A stretch of 11,793 nucleotides of DNA from IMG/VR virus record IMGVR_UViG_3300022205_000042, positions 1 through 11,793 of that record, one strand, 5' to 3'. Positions 1 through 6,275 of this stretch are shown in pieces; position 1 is the stretch's first letter; each line of letters starts with the position of its first letter. The notes below the pieces were generated by a model. It made no database searches, had not been told where the DNA came from, and saw only the letters and a program-made list of their open reading frames with translations. The DNA comes from a virus. Position numbers and translations under genes: made by a program.

Positions 1-127
1 AAGATCTCTTCTGCTTTTTTTATTGCTGGGAGATTTTTTTCTTCTTTCTCTTCCGTTTGCTCTTCTGTTGTCTCCTCTGTTTGTTTTTCTGTTTCCTTTT
101 GTTGTGTTTCATTGTCTGTCATTTTTA
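1..127. repeat. Terminal direct repeat, copy 1 (identical to 11667-11793). Either a circular-closure overlap or a terminal redundancy.
   Basis: Read directly: 1-127 (aagatctcttctgc...tctgtcattttta) matches 11667-11793 base for base. On the minus strand it duplicates the first 122 nt of the gene at 11459-11788, with the start codon as cat at 120-122. A length of exactly 127 equals a common maximum k-mer in de Bruijn assemblers. Confidence 0.95.
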
Positions 128-1198
128 TTTCTTACCTCCAGAAGCTTCTCCTATTCCTGCTTCCATGTTATTTAACGACCTAGATTTACTTTGATCTTTT
201 TGCATTGTTTGTTCCAAACTTGCTGGGAACTCTAATTCAATTTTTATTCCTAATTGTATTTCGCATTGTTCTTCTATAAATAACTGATTCCATTCTATAG
301 CTTGTTGAAATGCCAGGTACAACATTTTTGCCATTGCTTCAGTATCTTCTTTTTCACCACTTCCAACAATTAATGATGGTACACCTTCAGCTATTATAAA
401 ATCTCTTTCTAATAGTGCAATATAAGGCATAGGATCTAGACTGCTATATTGTGGTATGCTCATTCTTTCCATTGCTTTTAGTGTGTCATGTGGAAGTACT
501 AAATTTTCTCCAAGTTCAACAGCTTTATCTAATTTTAATTTATATGCTGCTATTTCTGTTTCATCGTCTGTGTCTACGTGCGAAATTAGAAGAGGTTTAA
601 CATATCTGTGGAATAGGATCCTTAGATCTCTTTTTGATTCTTTGTAAGCTTCTGCGTTCCATTCCAATTTTTCACAAGTACCATTTCCGTGTATATTGTC
701 TGCAATTGGATTCCATGCCAGGTGAAACATTTGATCAGGTTTCCATCCATGTAAAGTTTTTCCATTAACAAATTGTTCATATCTTTTTATCATTCCTTTT
801 GAATCTGCTATTATTTTTATTGTACCTGGATTAAGTGATTTCAGATTTAATAATTTACCTTTGTGCATTATTTTTTCTGCAAAATAATCACCGCTAATTG
901 TATAGACTTTTACAGCATTATGTAGTATTGTATTGAAGGTCTGTTTACCATTTCCTTTTATTCCCTGTATTGTCTTTTTGTATTTCTTTTTTGCTCTAAA
1001 TCCTTTTCCTACAGTCCACATTGCTTTAGCATCAATTAAAGCTGCAAGTATTGGAACGTCTTTATATACACCGTACCACCTTTCCCACTCTGATTGGAAT
1101 TGCTCTTCGGTTGTTGTAGTGTCTTGATTTGCTGAATATGCAGTAACTACATTCGTCATGTTTGTGTAATCACCAGCTGAAATTTTTCCTTCTCCCAT
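125..1198 (-). CDS. Portal protein (357 aa)
   Basis: Full ORF with a strong SD (AGGAGGTAAAAATG, plus-strand 1199-1212). Portal-like motifs seen by eye are GDYFAEKI..LLNLKSLNPGTIKII.DSKGMIKRYEQ and FHLAWNPIADNIHGNG. It sits immediately upstream of the scaffold-like, DUF2190-like and capsid genes once the circle is closed. Confidence 0.72.
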   Translation of the reverse strand: MGEGKISAGDYTNMTNVVTAYSANQDTTTTEEQFQSEWERWYGVYKDVPILAALIDAKAMWTVGKGFRAKKKYKKTIQGIKGNGKQTFNTILHNAVKVYTISGDYFAEKIMHKGKLLNLKSLNPGTIKIIADSKGMIKRYEQFVNGKTLHGWKPDQMFHLAWNPIADNIHGNGTCEKLEWNAEAYKESKRDLRILFHRYVKPLLISHVDTDDETEIAAYKLKLDKAVELGENLVLPHDTLKAMERMSIPQYSSLDPMPYIALLERDFIIAEGVPSLIVGSGEKEDTEAMAKMLYLAFQQAIEWNQLFIEEQCEIQLGIKIELEFPASLEQTMQKDQSKSRSLNNMEAGIGEASGGKK

Positions 1199-1207
1199 TT
1201 TTACCTC

Positions 1208-2053
1208 CTAAGTTGCATTATTTGCAACTATTGATCCTGTTCCATTATCTGTGACATTTGCAACATTTGCAACACAAACTGTTTTATCTACGCCTGTGTC
1301 AATTAGTATTGTTCCAACAGTTGCACCGTCTCGTGTTCTATTACCTACTATCAAATTGTGTGATGCTGAAGTTAAACTTATTTCATCTAATTCTATGTCA
1401 TTGTCTGTGTTTGCATATGATGAATTGCTGTTTATTGTGCAGTCCCAACTATCTCTTAAATATATTCCATGTTCTGCATTATCAAAAATTTCATTTCCTG
1501 TGATTAATAATGATACACCTACAAATGTTTGTATACCAGCTCCAAAATTATCATGTATTATGTTGTTTACTAAAGTTGTTGATGTAGCTCCTGCTGAAAC
1601 TCTAATTCCATTATCGCCACAATTTTCTATCCAAACGTCATGTATTTTGACTTTTGGACCTCCAAAATTAAATATACCTTCATTTGTAGTATTTCCAGAT
1701 CCTGCGCCATATAACCACAGATTAGAAATAATTACACCTGTTTTTCCATTTATATAGATCATTTGTATGTTTTCAGAAGTTGTTATTTTTGTACCTCTGC
1801 CAGTACCATTAATGGAAACATTATCGTTGTCTATAAAAATTCTTGATGTTATGTCATATATACCTTCTTTTACATGTACTATTCCACCATCAGGTGGCAA
1901 TAAATTCACTGCTTCTTGTATATCGTCTGTGTCTCCAGTTCCATCTTTTGCAACAATAATTGTAGCGTGTCTTTTTTCTTTTCTAATACCAATATCTTTT
2001 TCTCTTTTATCTCTTTTGAAAAGATTAAATGATTCTGGTAGATTTAAAACCAT
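1208..2053 (-). CDS. Right-handed parallel beta-helix (pectate-lyase fold) protein. Possible tailspike, depolymerase or adhesin.
   Basis: The N-terminus IIVAKDGTGDTDDIQEAVNLLPPDGGIVHVKEGIYDI is typical of pectin-lyase-fold proteins. It is followed by PbH1-like repeats (NGIRVSAGATSTTLVNNIIHDNFGAGIQT..ITGNEIFDNAEHGIYLRDS..INSNSSYAN). The fold call is fairly safe; the function is an inference. Confidence 0.65.
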   Translation of the reverse strand: MVLNLPESFNLFKRDKREKDIGIRKEKRHATIIVAKDGTGDTDDIQEAVNLLPPDGGIVHVKEGIYDITSRIFIDNDNVSINGTGRGTKITTSENIQMIYINGKTGVIISNLWLYGAGSGNTTNEGIFNFGGPKVKIHDVWIENCGDNGIRVSAGATSTTLVNNIIHDNFGAGIQTFVGVSLLITGNEIFDNAEHGIYLRDSWDCTINSNSSYANTDNDIELDEISLTSASHNLIVGNRTRDGATVGTILIDTGVDKTVCVANVANVTDNGTGSIVANNAT

Positions 2054-2054
2054 T

Positions 2055-2414
2055 TTAAGCTACCTGCATATATGTGACTCTTTTTTGATCTCGGAATACT
2101 TCTTCTAGTTGTTTTAGTCTGAATAAATTTATATTCAACATATTTTCAGCTTCAATTCTTGAAGTATATCCTGCCATATTATACGCTATTAATGGAGCTG
2201 CAATAAATCTTCCAATATATTCATCAATAATATGTTTAACATCTTCATTTAGAGTTGAGTAATTATCAGCCCAATTATATCTTGACCAGGTGCAAATCTG
2301 ACTAATCGCCATTAATTCTAATGCTTCCTGATTTGCTGTTGTGTTTCCTGTTGCATCAACATTTTCTCCTGCAAAGATTGCGATCTTTGCCGCCGTTATT
2401 ATTACAAATGCCAT
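2055..2414 (-). CDS. Hypothetical structural protein (119 aa), possibly a head-tail connector or adaptor
   Basis: Compact ORF packed 1 nt from the downstream gene. Its start overlaps the stop of the upstream 44-aa ORF (TAATG). The functional guess rests only on its position between terminase and portal; I recognised no family. Confidence 0.5.
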   Translation of the reverse strand: MAFVIITAAKIAIFAGENVDATGNTTANQEALELMAISQICTWSRYNWADNYSTLNEDVKHIIDEYIGRFIAAPLIAYNMAGYTSRIEAENMLNINLFRLKQLEEVFRDQKRVTYMQVA

Positions 2415-2548
2415 TATTCATCACTCCATGCTTCTAGAACTGTTCTTCCTTCTACGAAAGTTTTTTTCCAATTTATATCTCCATCTTTTGATAAGTGATC
2501 TGACATTTTTTGTGCTTCTTTATCAAATAATTTAAATAATATTCTCAT
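2414..2548 (-). CDS. Small hypothetical protein (44 aa, MRILFKLFDKEAQKMSDHLSKDGDINWKKTFVEGRTVLEAWSDE); not in the supplied ORF track
   Basis: Hand translation of the minus strand. The ATG is cat at 2546-2548. The stop TAA shares one base with the ATG of the 119-aa gene (TAATG). A GGAGA lies about 14 nt upstream, and a GATAGCAAAAATAG promoter-like motif about 43 nt upstream. Confidence 0.35.
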   Translation of the reverse strand: MRILFKLFDKEAQKMSDHLSKDGDINWKKTFVEGRTVLEAWSDE

Positions 2549-2587
2549 TTTGCCATCATTTCTCCGTTCCAAGGATCTTTCCAGGAA

Positions 2588-2601
2588 CTATTTTTGCTAT
2601 C
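2588..2601 (-). promoter_or_regulatory. GATAGCAAAAATAG motif: weak BRE/TATA-like promoter candidate for the 44-aa/119-aa/beta-helix/portal operon
   Basis: Plus strand ctatttttgctatc. It shares GATAGCAAAA with the elements at 6225-6243 and 11440-11457. Its distance to the next ATG (2548) is similar at about 43 nt. The TATA part is degenerate. Confidence 0.3.
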
Positions 2602-2614
2602 AAAACTTCCGAGA

Positions 2615-2630
2615 TCCGGAGATCTCCGGA
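2615..2630. promoter_or_regulatory. Perfect 16-bp palindrome TCCGGAGATCTCCGGA
   Basis: Read directly; the sequence is its own reverse complement. It lies in the 142-bp gap between the terminase stop and the next promoter-like motif. It could be a dimeric protein binding site or a hairpin. Confidence 0.5.
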
Positions 2631-2648
2631 ACCCAAAATGCAAGCAAA

Positions 2649-2681
2649 ATTATACCCCCCTACCTTGTTTGGGGGTATAAT
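2649..2681 (-). terminator. Hairpin plus U-rich tail immediately downstream of the large terminase gene
   Basis: An 11-bp stem (2649-2659 attataccccc with 2671-2681 gggggtataat) and an 11-nt loop. On the minus strand it is followed by tttgcttgcattttggg. It begins 10 nt after the terminase stop (2691-2693). Confidence 0.5.
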
Positions 2682-2690
2682 GTTTGCGGG

Positions 2691-4157
2691 TTATGCAACG
2701 AACAATTTAAGTCCTTTGCTTTGCCAAGCCCAACAGCACCTTACGAACGCTTCGGCGAGATGCGTATACTTACCGTGAATTCGTAAGTTTCTGTCTTTTG
2801 TATACTCAAACTGTACGCTCTTCAAACTACGTAATAGCTTCAAGTTATTAATGATTTCTATATCTCCTTTTTCCATCATTGCAAGTGCATTACTGTATAG
2901 ATCCTCTTTGAGGATGCCTTTATTGCGTTCATCAGCTCCGAGACGGATACGCTTGCTAGCATTGTTGAGTCCGATAACTTTCGATTTTCCGAGTTCTTCT
3001 TGTAACAGATCAGTAAGCCCGCCTCCAACTCCTGTGTCATCGTTGAATATTCTTCTGAAGTTAAATTTTGAGTTAAGAGCCAGAGCATAATCTCTGAGGC
3101 TAGTGATAGCTTTTCCTGATATTTTTTTCTTTTCATCACAGTAAACCACCTTGTATTTTTTTCTTAGCATTTCACCAGCTACGAATGCAGCTTCGTCCTG
3201 ACCATATCTTGCAGGATCCATTCCCATGTAGTATGACGCGTTTGGATTATGATCTTTTTCTATGTCCCAGTTCATAAATGTCATACATTTCTTTATAAGG
3301 CTTGTCGGGAAAAATTGATTGAAATCGTCTGTAAATTCTGCCAGGTATTCTTGAGCATATTCTGCTTTGTTTAGTCTTTCTTTTTCTTTTGCCAAATAAT
3401 CTCTAGGGATTCTTGGACACATTTCTGAGCTTATATGCCAGTGTCTATAATCTTTGTCATAACAACAGTTGTAAAAGAATCCGCCTTTTCCAAATGGTGT
3501 TGATAGTAGTATGTCCCAGCCTAGTCCTCTTTTTTCTTTTTGGACTGCAAGCATTGGGTTTGTTGCAAGCCAGACCTCTTCAGGGATAAATGCAGCTTCA
3601 TCTGCTATCCTAAAATCTATGGTAAGCCCTCTTATGTATGCTCCTGTTTTTCCCGCAGGAAGCGAATATATGACGTATTCTTCGTCTCTTCTGAAATACT
3701 CCCAATCATTATCGCTTTCTAGTTTTCCCCAATTTGAGAACTTTTTAAGCCTTATCTCTGTTTTTGTAGGCATATTGTCAAAGACTCCCCAGCGTTTTTC
3801 ATGTTCCTTTTTCATAATTTTATTTTGCCTGGCTGATTTTTCAAGATCTTCTCTATATTTACCTTTCATATTTACAACAAAATCATTGAATCTTAGCAAT
3901 CTGGCCAGAACTTTATTAAAGATCAAGCCAGATTGTCTTTGAGAAGCTGCAATCATTAATGTTACTGTATTTTGGTATTTTAAAGATATCTTAGCTGCTT
4001 TTCTTGCAATAACAGTTGATTTTCCTACTTGTCGCCCACAACGTAATGCACAATCTCCTTCATGGTCCATGACCTGAATTTGCCACTTATCCAGAGCCAT
4101 ATCTGTCTCTTTTTCAAGTTCCTCGAATCTTAGATATAAGTCGTACCAGTTGTTCAT
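2691..4157 (-). CDS. terL: Terminase large subunit (488 aa)
   Basis: Walker A is CGRQVGKST, Walker B is IDFRIADEAAF, and the coupling motif is LSTPFG. RNase-H-like nuclease motifs are MGMDPARYGQDEAAFV, NDDTGVGGGLTDLL and the C-terminal HLAEAF. The start overlaps the upstream ORF stop (ATGA). Confidence 0.92.
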   Translation of the reverse strand: MNNWYDLYLRFEELEKETDMALDKWQIQVMDHEGDCALRCGRQVGKSTVIARKAAKISLKYQNTVTLMIAASQRQSGLIFNKVLARLLRFNDFVVNMKGKYREDLEKSARQNKIMKKEHEKRWGVFDNMPTKTEIRLKKFSNWGKLESDNDWEYFRRDEEYVIYSLPAGKTGAYIRGLTIDFRIADEAAFIPEEVWLATNPMLAVQKEKRGLGWDILLSTPFGKGGFFYNCCYDKDYRHWHISSEMCPRIPRDYLAKEKERLNKAEYAQEYLAEFTDDFNQFFPTSLIKKCMTFMNWDIEKDHNPNASYYMGMDPARYGQDEAAFVAGEMLRKKYKVVYCDEKKKISGKAITSLRDYALALNSKFNFRRIFNDDTGVGGGLTDLLQEELGKSKVIGLNNASKRIRLGADERNKGILKEDLYSNALAMMEKGDIEIINNLKLLRSLKSVQFEYTKDRNLRIHGKYTHLAEAFVRCCWAWQSKGLKLFVA

Positions 4158-4354
4158 GTTGAATTTTTCTCTCCAGCTTGGTAGCCAGCTTTATATCCTT
4201 TCCTGTATAATTTATTGCATTTTTCACATCTTAATTTTGTGATGCTACCTATGAATATATTTCTACATTCAATGCAAGTTTTTTTTATTATCGGCATACC
4301 TTTTATTTCTTTCATTTTCAGGTAGTTTATCCCAGATCTTTTTAAGTTCTTCAT
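4154..4354 (-). CDS. Small zinc-ribbon protein (CxxC...CxxC: CIECRNIF..RCEKCNKLY); start uncertain
   Basis: The track ORF starts at a TTG (4357). ATG candidates are at 4354, 4315 and 4297. The stop overlaps the terL ATG (ATGA), which suggests translational coupling. With the longest start it overlaps the upstream 68-aa ORF by up to 89 nt. Confidence 0.5.
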   Translation of the reverse strand: MKNLKRSGINYLKMKEIKGMPIIKKTCIECRNIFIGSITKLRCEKCNKLYRKGYKAGYQAGEKNST

Positions 4355-4475
4355 CAATGACTCTAAGATTTGCTTCAGCCATTCTTTGTGTTAATTGTGC
4401 TTGTCTCCACATATTCACTGCTGTATCTCTAGCGTTTTGCCAGTCCATTTCTTCTAATTTAACCAAAATTTTCAC
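4269..4475 (-). CDS. Hypothetical helical protein (up to 68 aa); start uncertain
   Basis: The track start is GTG at 4475, inside a GAGGTG that more likely serves as an SD. The alternatives are TTG at 4466 and ATG at 4448 (MDWQNARD...). No family recognised. Confidence 0.4.
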   Translation of the reverse strand: MKILVKLEEMDWQNARDTAVNMWRQAQLTQRMAEANLRVIDEELKKIWDKLPENERNKRYADNKKNLH

Positions 4476-4725
4476 CTCTTTTTATAAATCTCTCTAGTTT
4501 AACATTGAATTGTGTATATGATGCGAGAATGTTTTTTAATTCTAGTATTTCTTCTCTTTGATCTTCAATAATTTTACTCATATCATTGATTTTTTGAATT
4601 TGATTTTTAATAATACCTGGTGTTGCAAGAAATGCTTTTGACATTGCTTTTTCATCTAGTGTGATCATTAATTCATTGATTTCTTTTTCTTTCTCATCAT
4701 CGTATCTTATTGTCATTCCTTTCAT
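4459..4725 (-). CDS. Possible ribbon-helix-helix DNA-binding protein with a coiled-coil tail (88 aa)
   Basis: The N-terminus TIRYDDEKEKEINELMITLDEKAMSKAF looks like a beta strand plus helix-helix of CopG/Arc type. The C-terminal half is heptad-like (IEDQREEILELKNILAS). It could also be a small-terminase-like protein. Inference only. Confidence 0.35.
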   Translation of the reverse strand: MKGMTIRYDDEKEKEINELMITLDEKAMSKAFLATPGIIKNQIQKINDMSKIIEDQREEILELKNILASYTQFNVKLERFIKRGENFG

Positions 4726-4740
4726 TTTGATTGTAAATTC

Positions 4741-5391
4741 TCCCCCCCATCCCCCCTCTAGGGAATTAAGGTACGTTCTCTGCGTGCTTACGTCGCCGAA
4801 GGCGGGCTGCGCGAAAAATTTCTGTGTGTGTTAGGCTTTATTATCATAATCATAAAAAATATTTCTCTAGACACCTGGTTATGGGGGTGTTTTTGTTTGA
4901 AAGTCGCTAATAAGAGGAAGGACGTTGTCTCTATAAGCACCAAAACACCATAGAATATGGTGTTTTGGGGTGTTGTTGTTGTATATTTGGGGGTATTTGG
5001 GGTGTTGTTGTTGTGTTTGAGGCTTGGTTTTGCCTCAATAAAGCCCCCCCGGAGGGGGGGTTGGGGGGGACGAGCTCCCGACTTTGATAAGCTGAGACCT
5101 TGTCTCAGCATCTTTGACCCCGACCTAAAGCAGCGACGTTCCCCCTTCCCTTCAGGGAAGGGGGTTAGGGGGATGGGTGATATCATATAGCCGTGTAATT
5201 CATACCGTAGTCTTGTTCTCGGTAATGAATTATGCGGGACACAAGCGTTGTTCGAATTAAGCGCTGTGGATCGTGAAGACCGAAGGGATGAGGGACTGCG
5301 AATTTGGAGCGTATTTAGGTCGGGGGAAGGGTAGCTTTCCCCTTGACAAAATCTATTTTGTCTCGACACCAGGTGTATTCCTGCGACCGCG
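4741..5391. other. ORF-poor, GC-rich, highly self-complementary element: candidate large structured ncRNA and/or replication origin, class unknown
   Basis: Hand-counted GC is about 48% (57-67% across 5041-5160), against about 35% in flanking genes. Local hairpins: 4940-4968 (13 bp), 5044-5060 (C7/G7), 5091-5109 (8 bp), 5141-5164 (10 bp), 5323-5342 and 5345-5362. A 12-bp perfect long-range complement joins 5118-5129 and 5314-5325. The only long ORFs here have atypical, low-complexity translations. Confidence 0.55.
4964..5014. repeat. Two perfect 19-bp direct repeats TTTGGGGTGTTGTTGTTGT (4964-4982 and 4996-5014), period 32 bp
   Basis: Read directly. The repeats are separated by atatttgggggta. 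They lie about 100 bp from an AT-rich stretch (about 4838-4867, containing ATCATA x2). Confidence 0.85.
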
Positions 5392-5646
5392 TCAAAAGTA
5401 TTCGTCTTGTGTGGGTGACAACTTAAATCTTCTTGTCGGATGCACTCCAAATTCTCTCACCTTGTCTACTTCTTCCATTAGTTTCAGCCTGATCATTATC
5501 TCAATTGACTTTTTTACTGTTCTAGGATCTATGCCAATTTCAATAAATATTGCATCTTCCAATGCTTTAATGTTGAATGGTTCACTTTGGAATTCTTCCC
5601 TTATTCTCTGGGCTACTCTTTTATATTTGACTAATCCTTTGCTCAT
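5392..5646 (-). CDS. Putative winged-helix DNA-binding protein (84 aa)
   Basis: The segment NIKALEDAIFIEIGIDPRTVKKSIEIMIRLKLMEEV looks like helix-turn-helix plus wing. The start overlaps the stop of the upstream zinc-ribbon ORF (ATGA). The fold call is by eye. Confidence 0.45.
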   Translation of the reverse strand: MSKGLVKYKRVAQRIREEFQSEPFNIKALEDAIFIEIGIDPRTVKKSIEIMIRLKLMEEVDKVREFGVHPTRRFKLSPTQDEYF

Positions 5647-5801
5647 TCAAATTCACTTAATTTATTATGTTTGCTATCTTTTATATATTTATCGGTTGCG
5701 TACCATCCCCTTTTGCAATCTTTACACCTTACATGATGCCATATATTTATCAATTTATGACCGTCTGCAATCAAAGTACCATTACAGTTGCTACAGATCA
5801 T
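5643..5801 (-). CDS. Small zinc-ribbon protein (52 aa, MICSNCNGTLIADGHKLINIWHHVRCKDCKRGWYATDKYIKDSKHNKLSEFE); not in the supplied ORF track
   Basis: Hand translation. The ATG is cat at 5799-5801, overlapping the upstream gene end by 11 nt. The TGA stop overlaps the next ATG. It has CxxC...CxxC spacing and fills an otherwise unexplained 144-nt gap in a tightly packed operon. Confidence 0.5.
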   Translation of the reverse strand: MICSNCNGTLIADGHKLINIWHHVRCKDCKRGWYATDKYIKDSKHNKLSEFE

Positions 5802-6192
5802 CAATTTTTATCTCTTCAGCAGGATCTTGATGTTCTTTTAAACTCTCTGCAGGTCTGACTGTATTTTCATCAACTCTTGAAAAGGTTCCTTTTGCATTTT
5901 CCTCTGTTTTTGTTTTAAACTTTATTTTCTTTCCAATGATTATATCATCTGGATCTATGGAAACTCCTTCAATTAACTTTTCTCCAAATCTCATCAATAA
6001 TTGACCTAATTTGGATTTTTCGCTTATAACTTGTGGGTAACCAGCTCTAATTTTTATTTGTTCATCATCAACTTTAAATTCTATTTCCAGATCTACATAT
6101 TCAAAAGGTTTAGATCTATATCTTATATTTGTCACAACTCCCAAATGTTCGCCATCTGGAATAATGATTGCTTTTTTTACTTCTAGCTTCAT
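5791..6192 (-). CDS. DUF669-like protein (133 aa); possible OB-fold ssDNA-binding protein
   Basis: The pattern IPDGEHLGVVTNIRYRSKPFEYVDLEIEFKV..IKIRAGYPQVISEKSKLGQLLMRFG resembles phage DUF669 proteins as I remember them, with an acidic C-terminal tail. It is the first gene after a strong promoter-like element, with SD AGGTGA. The family call is tentative. Confidence 0.35.
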   Translation of the reverse strand: MKLEVKKAIIIPDGEHLGVVTNIRYRSKPFEYVDLEIEFKVDDEQIKIRAGYPQVISEKSKLGQLLMRFGEKLIEGVSIDPDDIIIGKKIKFKTKTEENAKGTFSRVDENTVRPAESLKEHQDPAEEIKIDDL

Positions 6193-6224
6193 TTTATCAC
6201 CTATTTCAAAGAAAATGCAATCAT

Positions 6225-6243
6225 ATTTATAAATTTTGCTATC
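6225..6243 (-). promoter_or_regulatory. BRE/TATA-like promoter GATAGCAAAATTTATAAAT for the 133-aa/zinc-ribbon/wHTH operon
   Basis: Minus-strand reading of plus atttataaattttgctatc. The TATA centre is about 37 nt upstream of the ATG at 6192, and the SD AGGTGA lies between them. It is near-identical to the element at 11440-11457. Confidence 0.6.
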
Positions 6244-6275
6244 AAAATAACACTTTTTGGTAGTATGTATGTCAT

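Noticed and set aside
1-127. The 127-nt terminal repeat might be a biological direct terminal repeat (DTR) of a linear genome.
   Set aside because: This cannot be excluded from sequence alone. However, 127 is exactly a standard assembler k-mer length, and the repeat falls in the middle of a gene (the scaffold-like ORF) rather than at an intergenic packaging site. Circular-assembly overlap is therefore the simpler explanation.
4896-4924. tttgaaagtcgctaataagaggaaggac resembles the RNase P GGAAAGUCC box, or alternatively a solitary CRISPR-like repeat.
   Set aside because: The match to the RNase P P4 motif is partial and none of the other conserved regions are present. As a CRISPR-like repeat it has no second copy and no recognisable family signature.
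4964-5014. The 19-bp direct repeats might be a mini-CRISPR array, or telomere-like TTGGGG repeats.
   Set aside because: There are only two copies, with a 13-bp spacer, which is far too short for CRISPR. The repeat lacks the typical CRISPR length and palindromicity, and there are no cas genes. The TTGGGG resemblance is a short coincidence within G-tract-rich sequence in a circular genome.
5241-5265. The string gcgttgttcgaattaagcgc resembles a tRNA T-arm (GTTCGAA), which would suggest a tRNA, a tRNA fragment or an attP site.
   Set aside because: The possible stem is only 5 bp, includes a G-T pair and has a 10-nt loop. I could not build acceptor, D or anticodon arms around it, and there is no integrase.
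4870-5376. GACACCTGGT (4870-4879) and GACACCAGGTGT (5365-5376) might be terminal inverted repeats of a MITE-like insertion carrying the GC-rich core.
   Set aside because: The shared complement is only 9 bp, and about one such match is expected by chance in this window. There is no target-site duplication (flanks tctctag versus attcctg). GC-rich sequence also continues outside these boundaries (4741-4830).
4788-5450. A 220-aa minus-strand ORF spans almost exactly the GC-rich region. Such a long open frame is itself unlikely by chance.
   Set aside because: The translation is low-complexity (Ser/Pro/Arg/Thr-rich, with homopolymer-derived PPP/GGG runs) and unlike every other protein here, which are Lys/Ile/Asn/Glu-rich. 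Its first 59 nt overlap the well-supported wHTH gene. Two other frames in the same region are also open on the plus strand, as expected where A/T-rich stop codons are depleted. The region's perfect helices argue for structure rather than coding. I keep this as the main alternative hypothesis, testable by codon-periodic conservation in relatives.
4957-5830. Plus-strand ORFs 4957-5190 (77 aa) and 5273-5830 (185 aa)
   Set aside because: The first is G-run derived (GVVVV.., GGWGG). The second runs antisense through the wHTH and zinc-ribbon genes and has a Leu/Ser/Ile shadow-ORF composition. Neither has an SD or a promoter.
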